From an uncultured Gammaproteobacteria bacterium (GTDB lineage Bacteria; Patescibacteriota; Microgenomatia; CAYQLK01): 64,000 nucleotides of DNA. Below, piece by piece: positions 10,564 to 19,699 of the stretch (position 1 is the stretch's first letter; each line of letters opens with the position of its first letter). Position numbers and translations under genes: made by a program. Below the pieces are notes generated by a model, which searched no databases, was not told the origin of the DNA, and was given only the letters and a program-made list of their open reading frames with translations. Location of the stretch: contig CAYOLO010000001.1 of the NCBI GenBank assembly GCA_964404855.1, forward strand, positions 530,736-594,735. Direction: 5' to 3'.

Positions 10564-10664
10564 TGATAAAGGAGATAGATTTACCCTTTATTTAGATAAT
10601 GATAAAGATTTTTCAAAAAAAAGAATAACTTAGAATTACGCGGTCTTTGCAGATACGGGATTTA

Positions 10665-11246
10665 TCAATTGGTTACGACTGGTCCGATGATATTTCCAAT
10701 AGTACCCTCAACTATATGTTTTTCTGGTTGATTGTCGTCGATAGATTCTAGAGTAACAATAATTCTATCGAAGTCAGGGTGAATATTATCAGTATTATAT
10801 GAAGCATTGTATTGTCCGACAGAATCTGGTTCCATCTTACCTATCGAAAAATACTCTCCAGTTTTTGGGTTACTAACCCAAGCCTGATAAAAGCTGTTAT
10901 TTTTGGGTTTGTCGAGCTTTATTTTGGCATAGACGTTGTATACGCCGAAGTTGCGATATATTCCACCTTCCCCTCTTAATTCTCCACCGTTAACATCCGC
11001 CAGAATTGCGATTTGTCCATCGATAATGTCTTTTTCTTTAACGCTCGCGCTTTTGCTGGCTGCGACATCAATAATATTTGTGAGATTGGAAATATATACG
11101 TCTTTAGGGTCAACAGATGGTGTTGGAGTCGGGGTGGGTTTACCACCAAGTTCACTTGCGATATCAGATGCTTTTTTGCATCCAGAAAGTAATATTGAAA
11201 GCACTATTACTAGGCTTAATGTGAACAGATACGGTTTGACCGTCAT
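10665..11246 (-). CDS. lipoprotein, hypothetical
   Basis: Signal peptide with lipobox LLSGC. Thr/Pro linker. Confidence 0.5.
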   Translation of the reverse strand: MTVKPYLFTLSLVIVLSILLSGCKKASDIASELGGKPTPTPTPSVDPKDVYISNLTNIIDVAASKSASVKEKDIIDGQIAILADVNGGELRGEGGIYRNFGVYNVYAKIKLDKPKNNSFYQAWVSNPKTGEYFSIGKMEPDSVGQYNASYNTDNIHPDFDRIIVTLESIDDNQPEKHIVEGTIGNIIGPVVTN

Positions 11247-11283
11247 ATAGTTTAACTTTAAGAGAAAAGTTCTTGATTGTCAA

Positions 11284-12369
11284 TTGGGTGAGCTTTTAGG
11301 TAATGCTACTATAGGTTATAATGTTTTTAGCACTTTAACTTGGTCCAGAAAAGGAGGTGTGGAATTGGCCATTAAGACCGTTCCAATGCTTACCTTCCTG
11401 AGGTTTTTGGTTACACAAAAAATATTTGTGGTCATAAGTGACCTTGAGTATGTGTTACCAAAAAAACACAGAAAGGGTGAAGTTTCTATCACGCCCGAAG
11501 TCAGAAGCGGAATTGCTGATCGGCTAGTTGCCAACAGTATTCTGCTTAATTTCGGAATTCTGCTTAAAGACGAGAGTGTGCTTGTAGTCACTGATAATTC
11601 AAAACGTCGGTGGCGTAACCTGCATCAAATCAGAAACGGTAGGATTACCGAGCAATCAATGCGCATGAGGCTCTCTGCGCTCCAGTATTTGAGATTTACG
11701 GAGATGGGGGTAAAACTGCTCGAGGAGTACAGTCCGACAACGGTTTTGTACACACTTGATTACTCTTGTTTTCGCTGGCTGACTGATCCGACACTGGTTG
11801 GTAGAATGTATTTTCCGCACGATACCTACTTACAAGCCAAAGCAACGATTGTTGAGCTCGAGGAAAAGCTTCCTTGGGTTGATAAGGAGATGCGCAGGCT
11901 TTCTAAGCAAATCGCATGGCATTACATTGACCGCCCAACATGGCCAAGGGTTTTTCGGAACCCGCAGTTCGAGTACGAATATGGACCTACTGAGCCCAGC
12001 GATTTTGTCGGCTGGCAGTGGGTTCTTGAAACCGGAAAAGAGCCGACGAGCTACTTGTCGATGCCAGATGGACCACTTAGCTACCCAAGCTATGTGAGTT
12101 TGGCAGAAAGTAGGTACCAAATTCTTTATCACCTTCGTCCAGCACTTATGGCAATCGTTCGAGAATTCGAACTGGCAGCTTGGGAGCACAAAGGAAGGTT
12201 TGCTGATAAAGGGTGGAGCAATACTCGTACCAAGAGAACTCTCTGGCAGGTTAGAGAGTTACCTGATGGTAGAGTTCTGAAGCGCCGAGCATTGGTCAAA
12301 TCAGTAAGAGTTAGGGCAGCTTCGAGCCATAATTGGAGATCGAATAGCGGTTCAGTTTCTGCAATTTAA
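11284..12369 (+). CDS. hypothetical protein, compositionally atypical (GC-rich, Trp-rich)
   Basis: Long ORF in a visibly GC-rich patch. Strong SD AAAGGAGGT at ~11350 sits 4-5 nt before an in-frame GTG at 11362, the likely true start. No recognisable family. Confidence 0.5.
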   Translation: MGELLGNATIGYNVFSTLTWSRKGGVELAIKTVPMLTFLRFLVTQKIFVVISDLEYVLPKKHRKGEVSITPEVRSGIADRLVANSILLNFGILLKDESVLVVTDNSKRRWRNLHQIRNGRITEQSMRMRLSALQYLRFTEMGVKLLEEYSPTTVLYTLDYSCFRWLTDPTLVGRMYFPHDTYLQAKATIVELEEKLPWVDKEMRRLSKQIAWHYIDRPTWPRVFRNPQFEYEYGPTEPSDFVGWQWVLETGKEPTSYLSMPDGPLSYPSYVSLAESRYQILYHLRPALMAIVREFELAAWEHKGRFADKGWSNTRTKRTLWQVRELPDGRVLKRRALVKSVRVRAASSHNWRSNSGSVSAI

Positions 12370-12401
12370 GGCTCAGTTTGGCCGAAAGGAAGTGGGTAAT
12401 G

Positions 12402-12437
12402 CCGGAGTCGTCTAAACAGCGTCTCCGGTTTTTTTTT
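12402..12437 (+). terminator. intrinsic terminator
   Basis: CCGGAG...CUCCGG hairpin followed by a 9-T run. Confidence 0.6.
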
Positions 12438-12457
12438 GTATAAAATTACAATTTTGA

Positions 12458-13630
12458 CTAAGTTTCTAGCGTTGGAGTGCTACTCTCTATTTTTGATTGA
12501 AAATATTCCCGTACTGCTTTGGTTCCAAAGGTTTCAATTACGGTCTTAAGTCTGTCTCTACTATCTGGGTCGCTAAATGCTCGGTCGATGACTTCTTTTT
12601 GTACGGCACTTATTTCCCCATTATTAGTTTCAGTACTTTTTTCAGACTCAGAGGTGGGCCCTTGAGGCGTTGAATTAGTTTCGGCGTTGCCACTCTTGCG
12701 GTTTGTAATACTAGTAAGTTTTTCGATTACGGAATTGCCGAGTGTCGCAAGTAGTTCACTATTACTGCCAGTACTTATACCTGCTCTTGCTTGAGTCGCT
12801 AGTTCCCTAGCTAAAGTTGAATAAATAGCAGAAATTGATTCTGGTGGGAGTGGTTGACCGTCATTAACGACTTGAATAATTTGTCTTTCTTTCTCCACCG
12901 CTTCTCTTTCAGCTTGTGTAATTATCGCCAAAATTGCTTTCTTTTGCGCTTCATTTGCTTTTTGCTTATTTGCAAGTTCTTCAGCTTTTGCTATTTGGTT
13001 TTTTACTAAAGTTTCTGCCTCGCCTATAAGTCTTGATCTTTCTGTTCGATCCTCTGAATCTCGAAGTCTAGAAAGAGTTTGTTGAAGCTCATCTTTAAAA
13101 GATGGAATTGGAATATGATTACCATCGCCATCAACTAAAGATTTGTAAAATGGATTTTGGGTTAGTGATGCTGTTAGGGTATCTACAGATCTTTTAATTG
13201 GAGCAAATCCTGCCTCGTTTGGATTACTAGATCTTAATCTATCTTGGATTTTTGAAACAGCAATTCTAATTTGGTCACCAAGGGTTTTATCGGCTTCACT
13301 CGCCGCTCGAAAAGTAGTTTCAAGTTTTTCAAACATGCTTACCAACTCTTCGATATCGCTATCATCTAACTCTGGCGACACATCTGTTTCTGGTTGGGGT
13401 GGTGTGTCATTTTTTACTGCTTCGAAAGTTGGGTTTTGAGGTTCAGTATGTTCAACTTGAACAGGTAAAACATCTGGGGTAGTCAAATCAAGGTGTTCTG
13501 GAAGTGGTTCTGGTTCGTGTGGAGTTTGTAATTCTACTGGAGTTTGACCGTAAACGGTTTGGTGAAGCGGATTCCCCTCACCTGATCTGTAAATTGGTGG
13601 TTGATGTTCGTCGGGCAAGATCTCAGACAT
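12458..13630 (-). CDS. hypothetical acidic protein with Pro-rich N-terminus and coiled-coil region
   Basis: 390 aa. Low-complexity PE/PQ-rich N-terminus and K/E/A-rich predicted coiled coil. No enzymatic motifs. Confidence 0.45.
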   Translation of the reverse strand: MSEILPDEHQPPIYRSGEGNPLHQTVYGQTPVELQTPHEPEPLPEHLDLTTPDVLPVQVEHTEPQNPTFEAVKNDTPPQPETDVSPELDDSDIEELVSMFEKLETTFRAASEADKTLGDQIRIAVSKIQDRLRSSNPNEAGFAPIKRSVDTLTASLTQNPFYKSLVDGDGNHIPIPSFKDELQQTLSRLRDSEDRTERSRLIGEAETLVKNQIAKAEELANKQKANEAQKKAILAIITQAEREAVEKERQIIQVVNDGQPLPPESISAIYSTLARELATQARAGISTGSNSELLATLGNSVIEKLTSITNRKSGNAETNSTPQGPTSESEKSTETNNGEISAVQKEVIDRAFSDPDSRDRLKTVIETFGTKAVREYFQSKIESSTPTLET

Positions 13631-13737
13631 AGTTGTAACCTATTATGCCAAAAAAACCATACTTAAAAAAGAGAGAACGTGATTATTTTGCGTTTTTTCA
13701 TAATTAAAGCAAGTTAATTATTCGTTTTGTGTAATTC

Positions 13738-15006
13738 TTATTTAAGGACGATGCTTGCCAAGCCAAGAAAGACAAAAAAACCAATTACATCTGTGGCGGT
13801 GGTTATAAAAATTGTTGCTGAACTAGCTGGGTCTTTGCCGAGTGTTTTCATAATTAGAGGAACTAGAGCACCAAAAAAGCCTGCAACAACAAGGTTAACG
13901 ACCATTGCTGTTCCGATAACAAATCCAAGTGATGGGCTTTGATTAAAGATAATTGCGACTGCAGCGACAATTAGACCATTAATTAAACCGTTAGTTGCAC
14001 CTGCTTTCATCTCGTTTAAGATTAGTCTATGGCCGCTTTTAAGGTCGACCTCTTTTAGTACTAGCCCACGAATAGTTACAGCCATGGTTTGTGTGCCTGC
14101 ATTCCCCCCCATTCCAGCTACAATAGGCATATAAACTGCAAGGAGTGTAAATTTTGAAATTGTATTCTCGAATAAACCAACAACCGAAGCGGCCAAAAAT
14201 GCGGTACCGAGGTTAATAATTAACCATTTGTAGCGATATTTTACTTTGGTAAATGCGGAATCTAAGGCGTCTTCTTCACTGTCAACACCTGCAAACCCAT
14301 AAAGATCTTTCATTGAGTGTTTATCGACAAGGCGCAGAATGTCGTCAGAGTGAATTATTCCTAAAATACTATCGTCTTTGTCTAAAACAACGACTTTGTC
14401 GTGTGGGTGTTTAATAAAGGAATTGACGACTTTATGTTCATCAGTATCATAAGCGAGTGCGGGTAGTTTTTTGATAAGTGAAGATATTTTTTCGAGTTTG
14501 CCGGTGGGGTGAGTGATTAGAACGTGACCAGGAAGTTCCCCTAATAACTTACCATCAGCCACGATTAAAATTGTTGGGAATTTACTATTTCTTTTTTCAT
14601 GATTAATAACTGATTCTATAATTTTGTGAATACTTTCATCGGGGCCAGCAACCACATAGTCTAGGTTCATAAGCCCCGCTGCAGCCTTTGGATTAAATCT
14701 TAAAAGAAATTCTACTTTTTCTTTAATACTTGAACTAAGTTTTTCAAGGATATTTTCTGCTCTTCTTTCGTCAATAAGTTGGAGAATGTCGGTGACTTTA
14801 TCAGGATCAGGGTAGTTAAGTAGTGTAATTAATTCGTCGTCGGTTAATTTGGATAAAATTTCCTTTTGTATTTTGGTTGGTAGTTTAAGGAGAGCTATAC
14901 CTTGGTTTTTTGGATCAATTTCTAAAAAAACCGTTAATCTTTCTTGTGGGGAGGTTTCTATTTTTTTGACTGCTTTGTCGACCGATGCGCCGAAGGTGTT
15001 TGGCAT
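13738..15006 (-). CDS. mgtE: magnesium transporter MgtE
   Basis: MgtE-N domain, tandem CBS region and C-terminal TM domain ...ATDVIGFFVFLGLA. Confidence 0.9.
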   Translation of the reverse strand: MPNTFGASVDKAVKKIETSPQERLTVFLEIDPKNQGIALLKLPTKIQKEILSKLTDDELITLLNYPDPDKVTDILQLIDERRAENILEKLSSSIKEKVEFLLRFNPKAAAGLMNLDYVVAGPDESIHKIIESVINHEKRNSKFPTILIVADGKLLGELPGHVLITHPTGKLEKISSLIKKLPALAYDTDEHKVVNSFIKHPHDKVVVLDKDDSILGIIHSDDILRLVDKHSMKDLYGFAGVDSEEDALDSAFTKVKYRYKWLIINLGTAFLAASVVGLFENTISKFTLLAVYMPIVAGMGGNAGTQTMAVTIRGLVLKEVDLKSGHRLILNEMKAGATNGLINGLIVAAVAIIFNQSPSLGFVIGTAMVVNLVVAGFFGALVPLIMKTLGKDPASSATIFITTATDVIGFFVFLGLASIVLK

Positions 15007-15365
15007 ATGACAGTGATTTTATGGTTATTTACAATTATTACCAAATTTTCACTTTGTTTGCTTACTTTACGTGTTAAAAATAACTACAGGTTACGAATTT
15101 CTATTAATTTGTACCCAAGAATATTTACTATAGTCTTATAGTTAGTTTGCGATTTAAACGAAGACATGTTATACTAGTTCAATATTGAGGCAGATTGAAG
15201 CAATAAATCTGCTTATATTTTTAGACATATTCTTTTGTCAGTTTGGATAAAGATACTCTGTTCCATTTAAGTTTAATTAGTATCTTTAAATCTTTGATAA
15301 TGATTGTTGTTTTCCTATGTAAGCGGTTTTATTGCCTTGATTTTTCCCTCACAAGAAAAAAATAA

Positions 15366-16607
15366 ATGAATCGAAATAGTTACAGTTCAAGACCGTCTTT
15401 TGGCGGCCGAGATAAACCTCGGGGTGGCTCTCGCGGGAATTTCCATCAATCACGTTCTGGTGGTGGTTTTAGTTCTGGTGGTCAAAACCATTTCAGAAAT
15501 AAAATCAAATATATGGACCCAAGGCTAATTATTAAAAAAGAGGCCGAATTTGTTAAATCTGACCCATATATTGCAACCAATACGTTTGCTGACTTTAATA
15601 TTGCTGAAAAAATTAAACAGAATATTATTTCCAAAGGTTATACCTCCCCTACTCCCATTCAAGATCAGGCTATAAAACCAGCTTTAGAAGGCAAAGATGT
15701 AGTTGGAATAGCTAATACCGGTACAGGAAAAACAGCTGCATTTTTAATTCCTTTAATTAATAAAGTCTATATTGATCGTAACCAAAAAGTATTAATTGTT
15801 GCTCCAACTCGAGAACTAGCTGTTCAAATCAGAAGTGAGTTTGCGGATTTTACAGAAAATGCTGGTTTAGTTTCAGTCCTTTGTATAGGTGGAGTAAATA
15901 TTCGCCCTCAGTCTCAAGCGCTCAAAAATCCATATCATTTTGTAATTGGTACACCAGGAAGAATCAAAGATCTTAAAAATCAAAATAAATTAAATATTGC
16001 TGGATTTTCAACAATTGTTTTGGATGAAGTAGACAGAATGCTTGATATGGGTTTTATTAATGATATTAAGTTTATTATTTCGCATCTTCCAAAATTCCGA
16101 CAGTCGTTATTTTTCTCAGCGACAATGACTCCAGGTGTAACAGAGGTAATGAAATCACTTTCTGATAACCCTGTGACGATTTCTGTTAAGAAACAAGAGA
16201 CTTCCTTAAACGTTGATCAAGATGTGATTAATGTAAGGGGTGCAAATAAGCTTGATATTTTACATGACCTACTTATTCAGGATGGTTTTGGCAAAGTTTT
16301 GATTTTTGGCCGAACCAAATGGGGGGTGGAAAAATTATCGCGTGCTTTGGAACAAAGAGGATTTAAGGTTGCTGCTCTACACGGAAATAAAAACCAAAAT
16401 CAAAGACAGAGAGCTTTGGACTCGTTTAGAAATGACAAAATTAATATTCTTCTTGCGACAGATGTTGCAGCTCGTGGGCTTGATATTGATAACATAACTC
16501 ACGTAATTAATTACGAACTACCCGAAAGTTATGATGACTATGTTCATCGTATTGGACGAACTGGTAGAGCTGAGAAAAAAGGGTCTGCTATTACATTTGT
16601 AGATTAA
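15366..16607 (+). CDS. DEAD-box ATP-dependent RNA helicase with RGG/Gly-rich N-terminus
   Basis: Q-motif, TGTGKTAAF, DEVD, SAT, HRIGRTGRA. Confidence 0.9.
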   Translation: MNRNSYSSRPSFGGRDKPRGGSRGNFHQSRSGGGFSSGGQNHFRNKIKYMDPRLIIKKEAEFVKSDPYIATNTFADFNIAEKIKQNIISKGYTSPTPIQDQAIKPALEGKDVVGIANTGTGKTAAFLIPLINKVYIDRNQKVLIVAPTRELAVQIRSEFADFTENAGLVSVLCIGGVNIRPQSQALKNPYHFVIGTPGRIKDLKNQNKLNIAGFSTIVLDEVDRMLDMGFINDIKFIISHLPKFRQSLFFSATMTPGVTEVMKSLSDNPVTISVKKQETSLNVDQDVINVRGANKLDILHDLLIQDGFGKVLIFGRTKWGVEKLSRALEQRGFKVAALHGNKNQNQRQRALDSFRNDKINILLATDVAARGLDIDNITHVINYELPESYDDYVHRIGRTGRAEKKGSAITFVD

Positions 16608-16776
16608 TTATTGTGCTTAGGAAAAATTTAGATATAATTATTAGATAAATATATTTTAAAGTATTAAGTTAAGTTGTGTTGGTAATCGTAATTCCGAAAG
16701 AATCATCTCCAAAACATCTAGAATTAAATATGAAAGTTAATAGTAAAAATGTTTGTAAAGGGGGTGAAATCAATTA

Positions 16777-17064
16777 ATGGCAACTAAATTATTTGTTGGA
16801 GGACTAGCTTGGGGTACCACTGAAGAGTCTTTGAACTCAATGTTCGCTGAGGCTGGATCAGTTGTTTCCGCAGTAGTAATCAAAGACAAATTCACCAATC
16901 GTTCTAAAGGTTTCGGTTTTGTAGAGATGTCTTCGCAAGAAGAAGCTGACAAAGCAGTCGAAATGTTCAACGGAAAAGAACTCGATGGTCGTGCAATCAC
17001 GGTCAACGAAGCTCGTCCAATGGAACCTCGCGAAAACCGTGGTGGATCTGACAGAAGGTACTAA
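16777..17064 (+). CDS. RRM-type RNA-binding protein (Rbp-like)
   Basis: RNP2 LFVGGL and RNP1 KGFGFVEM. RGG tail. Strong SD AAGGGGGTGA. Confidence 0.85.
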   Translation: MATKLFVGGLAWGTTEESLNSMFAEAGSVVSAVVIKDKFTNRSKGFGFVEMSSQEEADKAVEMFNGKELDGRAITVNEARPMEPRENRGGSDRRY

Positions 17065-17287
17065 TTAGTACCGACAATTAAAATTCCCCAGTTTAGCTAA
17101 AACTAAATATGGAAGTATTGCAAGTGCCGCTTGGTTGTGGAGATTTTTTTTGGCTACTGAAAAACGTAATTGCAGTGATTGAAGTAATATCCGATTTGTT
17201 TTAAAGACTGGTGGGGTGTCGATAATCAAAGTAGTTTTGGTAGAGCAATGAGAAATACCTTAAGGTTTCTGACTCAGTATTAAAGAA

Positions 17288-17761
17288 TTATTTTTTGGAT
17301 TTTGTGATTTGAGCAGATTTTTTCATGACTAACATACTGGCAATAATTACCGAAAAAGCAATAAGTGCCATAACTGGAATTGACATAAATCCAAAATAAT
17401 TAACATATTTTGATCCGCATGAAGCTGTAATATCACAAGTAATTGATGTTTCGGATACAATACCGTTCTGAAGTAAAACGTGATAGAAAGCAATTAGCCA
17501 GCCAATAATGCCAAGTGGAAGTACATATAGATATAGTTTTTTATCATTTCGAATTAGGCCAACAATTATGATTACCACGATTGGATAAATCAAAATTCTC
17601 TGATACCAACAAAGTTGGCATGGGATATAACCTCTTACCTCGCTGTAGTAAAGACTGCCTAACATTGAAATAATAGCTTGCATAAGAGCAATGTAAGCGA
17701 TGTTTTCGGTGATGTAAGATTTAATTTTTTTCAACCTTTTATTGTTTGTATTTATACTCAA
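17288..17761 (-). CDS. disulfide bond formation protein B (DsbB/BdbC family)
   Basis: 4 TM. PCQLCWYQR and a second Cys pair CDITASC. Confidence 0.75.
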   Translation of the reverse strand: MSINTNNKRLKKIKSYITENIAYIALMQAIISMLGSLYYSEVRGYIPCQLCWYQRILIYPIVVIIIVGLIRNDKKLYLYVLPLGIIGWLIAFYHVLLQNGIVSETSITCDITASCGSKYVNYFGFMSIPVMALIAFSVIIASMLVMKKSAQITKSKK

Positions 17762-17957
17762 TTAAATTGTATTAGGATTGTACACTAGGTTTGTTAAGAA
17801 CTGCTTAATGTTTTCGATTATATCAAATACTTACAGCTGATAAAAGGCCCTTTGTAAACTAAATGCGCACCAGAATATCTGTGTTTTTTTGCATTAATCT
17901 CACCTTATTTGTTTTAAAAGAGTTGCTCTGAAGAAAAAAAAGTTTTTGTGATATGGA

Positions 17958-17986
17958 TTGACAATAATTGAAGCTTATACTAGAAT
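17958..17986 (+). promoter_or_regulatory. sigma70-type promoter
   Basis: TTGACA - 17 nt - TAGAAT. Confidence 0.5.
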
Positions 17987-17989
17987 GCC

Positions 17990-18226
17990 TCAAAACGTTG
18001 AGTTGGGAGAATGGGCCCAACGAAGCTGTTAGGGCTACGTTGATTGGTGAATTAAATAGTAGCCAATACGGAATTCAACCGTTAAACAGAGTGGCCAATG
18101 TCACTAAATGTGGAGTTGGTTAAAGAGGTTGCTAGCTGTAAGGCTGGCAACGAAAGCAAGGTGGCAACACGATATAGATCGTCCTTGCAGGATTTACACG
18201 CGTAAGTTCTGCAAGGACGATTTTTT
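17990..18226 (+). promoter_or_regulatory. T-box-type riboswitch leader (putative) with antiterminator/terminator
   Basis: Stem III hairpin GUUGCUAGCU-GUAA-GGCUGGCAAC (18128-18151). AAGG-[UGGCAAC]-ACGAU-AUAG-AUCGU-CCUU (18158-18186) matches the T-box antiterminator layout. Overlapping terminator stem 18179-18190 / 18209-18220 plus U6. Confidence 0.55.
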
Positions 18227-18272
18227 GTTCTTTAACATCACCAAACAACTAAAAAGAAGGTAGGAAAGAAAA

Positions 18273-19610
18273 GTGATAACGAAGATTAGTTTACTAGGTC
18301 ATTACACTGCCAAGCAGGCAGCACGCGAAAAACTTTATGACCAAGTTGGTTATAAGGTTCCGCTTCTTAGCTTGTCTGCAGATCAGCGGCTTGGGATTGG
18401 GCCAATCGATCGAATTGTCAAAAGCGGCAAAAGTCTAACTTATGAGCAGGCCTATGGCGGCATGCTCTTGGTTTTGGCTGCCACCAACCAAATGATCGAG
18501 GCCGAACTACGAAGGGTATGGTCCGAATTCCCATCGTCGGAGGCTCTCAAGTACAAGGCTGTTAGTTTTTTGCAACTAATGGCTACCAAAGAGGCGCTTC
18601 AGTGTATTACCGCTGAAGAAGTGGCTGGGTGCGTTGCTGCAACCCTGCTAGATGTTGTGCCGCTTGATCTGACTGACGAGCCAATCGTCGAAACCTGTGG
18701 AATGGGTGGGGATCAGGGATTCCTAATTGGTGGCCGGCCGTTTAAGACTATCAATGTCTCAACGCTGACCTCGTTTGTGCTAAGTGCGCTCGGGCATCTA
18801 GTCGTCAAACACGGGTCGTATGGAAACACCACAGCCGTGGGATCCACTGATGCCCTAGACCTTCTGGGTGCTCGGACAACACAACAGAGTTTGAAGGAGA
18901 TTGAAACTCTCTTTGCGGCCACAGGGTACTACTACGCAGACGCGCACAACTTCAAAACAGTTCATGATTTGTCGCATCTGCTGGGTCACGAGACGATCAA
19001 CCACATCATTGGTCCGATGACTTTGCCGCTTCGCTTGAACCAGCCGATCTACAAGATCATGGGTGTGAACGATAAGGTGAGTCCTCAGACTGTCGCCCTC
19101 AGCTACCAGATCTTGGTAGAGAAAGGATTAATAAATCTAGTCAACGGTGCAATCGTTGCCGGCTTGGCCGATGACGTTTCCGGTCAGAACTTGGAAGAAT
19201 TGGGTTTTGCAAACCAGGTAATTCTGGATGAGCTTAGCCCAGCCAGCTCGGTTGTTGCGTTCATTCGCGCCGGCCGTTTCGTGGATCAGAAAATCATTAC
19301 TCCAAGAGACTTTGGAATAAGTTTGTCTTGGGATGATATTCTGGTTGATTCCGAAATCGCCAGCGTAAAACAAGCCAACTTGACTGCGTTGGAATCCGGT
19401 TCTGCTGGACATCCATTGCAGAGTTACTTGGCCATGAATGCCGCACTCGGACTTTTTGTCATCAAAGATTTGGGGGGACTTGATGACGACTCAGAGTGGA
19501 CAGAAAGGCTGAAGGTTCGATATCAGGAGTGCTTAGCGGTACTTCAGTCCGGAGCAGTTAGGGGGTTGGTCAAGAGTTATTCTGGTATATCGCGCAGAAT
19601 TAGTTTTTAG
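18273..19610 (+). CDS. trpD: anthranilate phosphoribosyltransferase-like (glycosyl transferase family 3)
   Basis: ETCGMGGDQG...INVST...VVKHGSYGNTTAVGSTDALDLLG matches TrpD GTGGDG/NxST/KHGNR...GSADxLEALG. GTG start with SD GAAGGTAGGA. ~60-aa N-terminal extension. GC-rich. Confidence 0.7.
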   Translation: MITKISLLGHYTAKQAAREKLYDQVGYKVPLLSLSADQRLGIGPIDRIVKSGKSLTYEQAYGGMLLVLAATNQMIEAELRRVWSEFPSSEALKYKAVSFLQLMATKEALQCITAEEVAGCVAATLLDVVPLDLTDEPIVETCGMGGDQGFLIGGRPFKTINVSTLTSFVLSALGHLVVKHGSYGNTTAVGSTDALDLLGARTTQQSLKEIETLFAATGYYYADAHNFKTVHDLSHLLGHETINHIIGPMTLPLRLNQPIYKIMGVNDKVSPQTVALSYQILVEKGLINLVNGAIVAGLADDVSGQNLEELGFANQVILDELSPASSVVAFIRAGRFVDQKIITPRDFGISLSWDDILVDSEIASVKQANLTALESGSAGHPLQSYLAMNAALGLFVIKDLGGLDDDSEWTERLKVRYQECLAVLQSGAVRGLVKSYSGISRRISF

Positions 19611-19620
19611 TGCGATATGG

Positions 19621-19659
19621 GGTCGTAGTTGAGTAAAATCAACTGCGGCCCTTTTTTTT
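19621..19659 (+). terminator. intrinsic terminator
   Basis: 12-bp stem (GGUCGUAGUUGA/UCAACUGCGGCC, with G-U pairs) followed by a T8 run. Confidence 0.6.
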
Positions 19660-19699
19660 GACCAATACAAAATTAGACTGTTGTTTATTCCTTAAAAGT

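Noticed and set aside
15007-15365. Looked for an M-box (Mg riboswitch) in front of mgtE on the minus strand
   Set aside because: No GGUUAGGUGAGG-like core or multi-helix arrangement found. The region is AT-rich with only a simple inverted repeat.
18108-18263. Possible leader peptide MWSW... (two Trp codons in the first four) inside the trpD leader, suggestive of classical trp attenuation
   Set aside because: No Shine-Dalgarno upstream, and the 51-codon frame runs straight through the terminator hairpin. The antiterminator geometry fits a T-box far better, so this is treated as coincidence.
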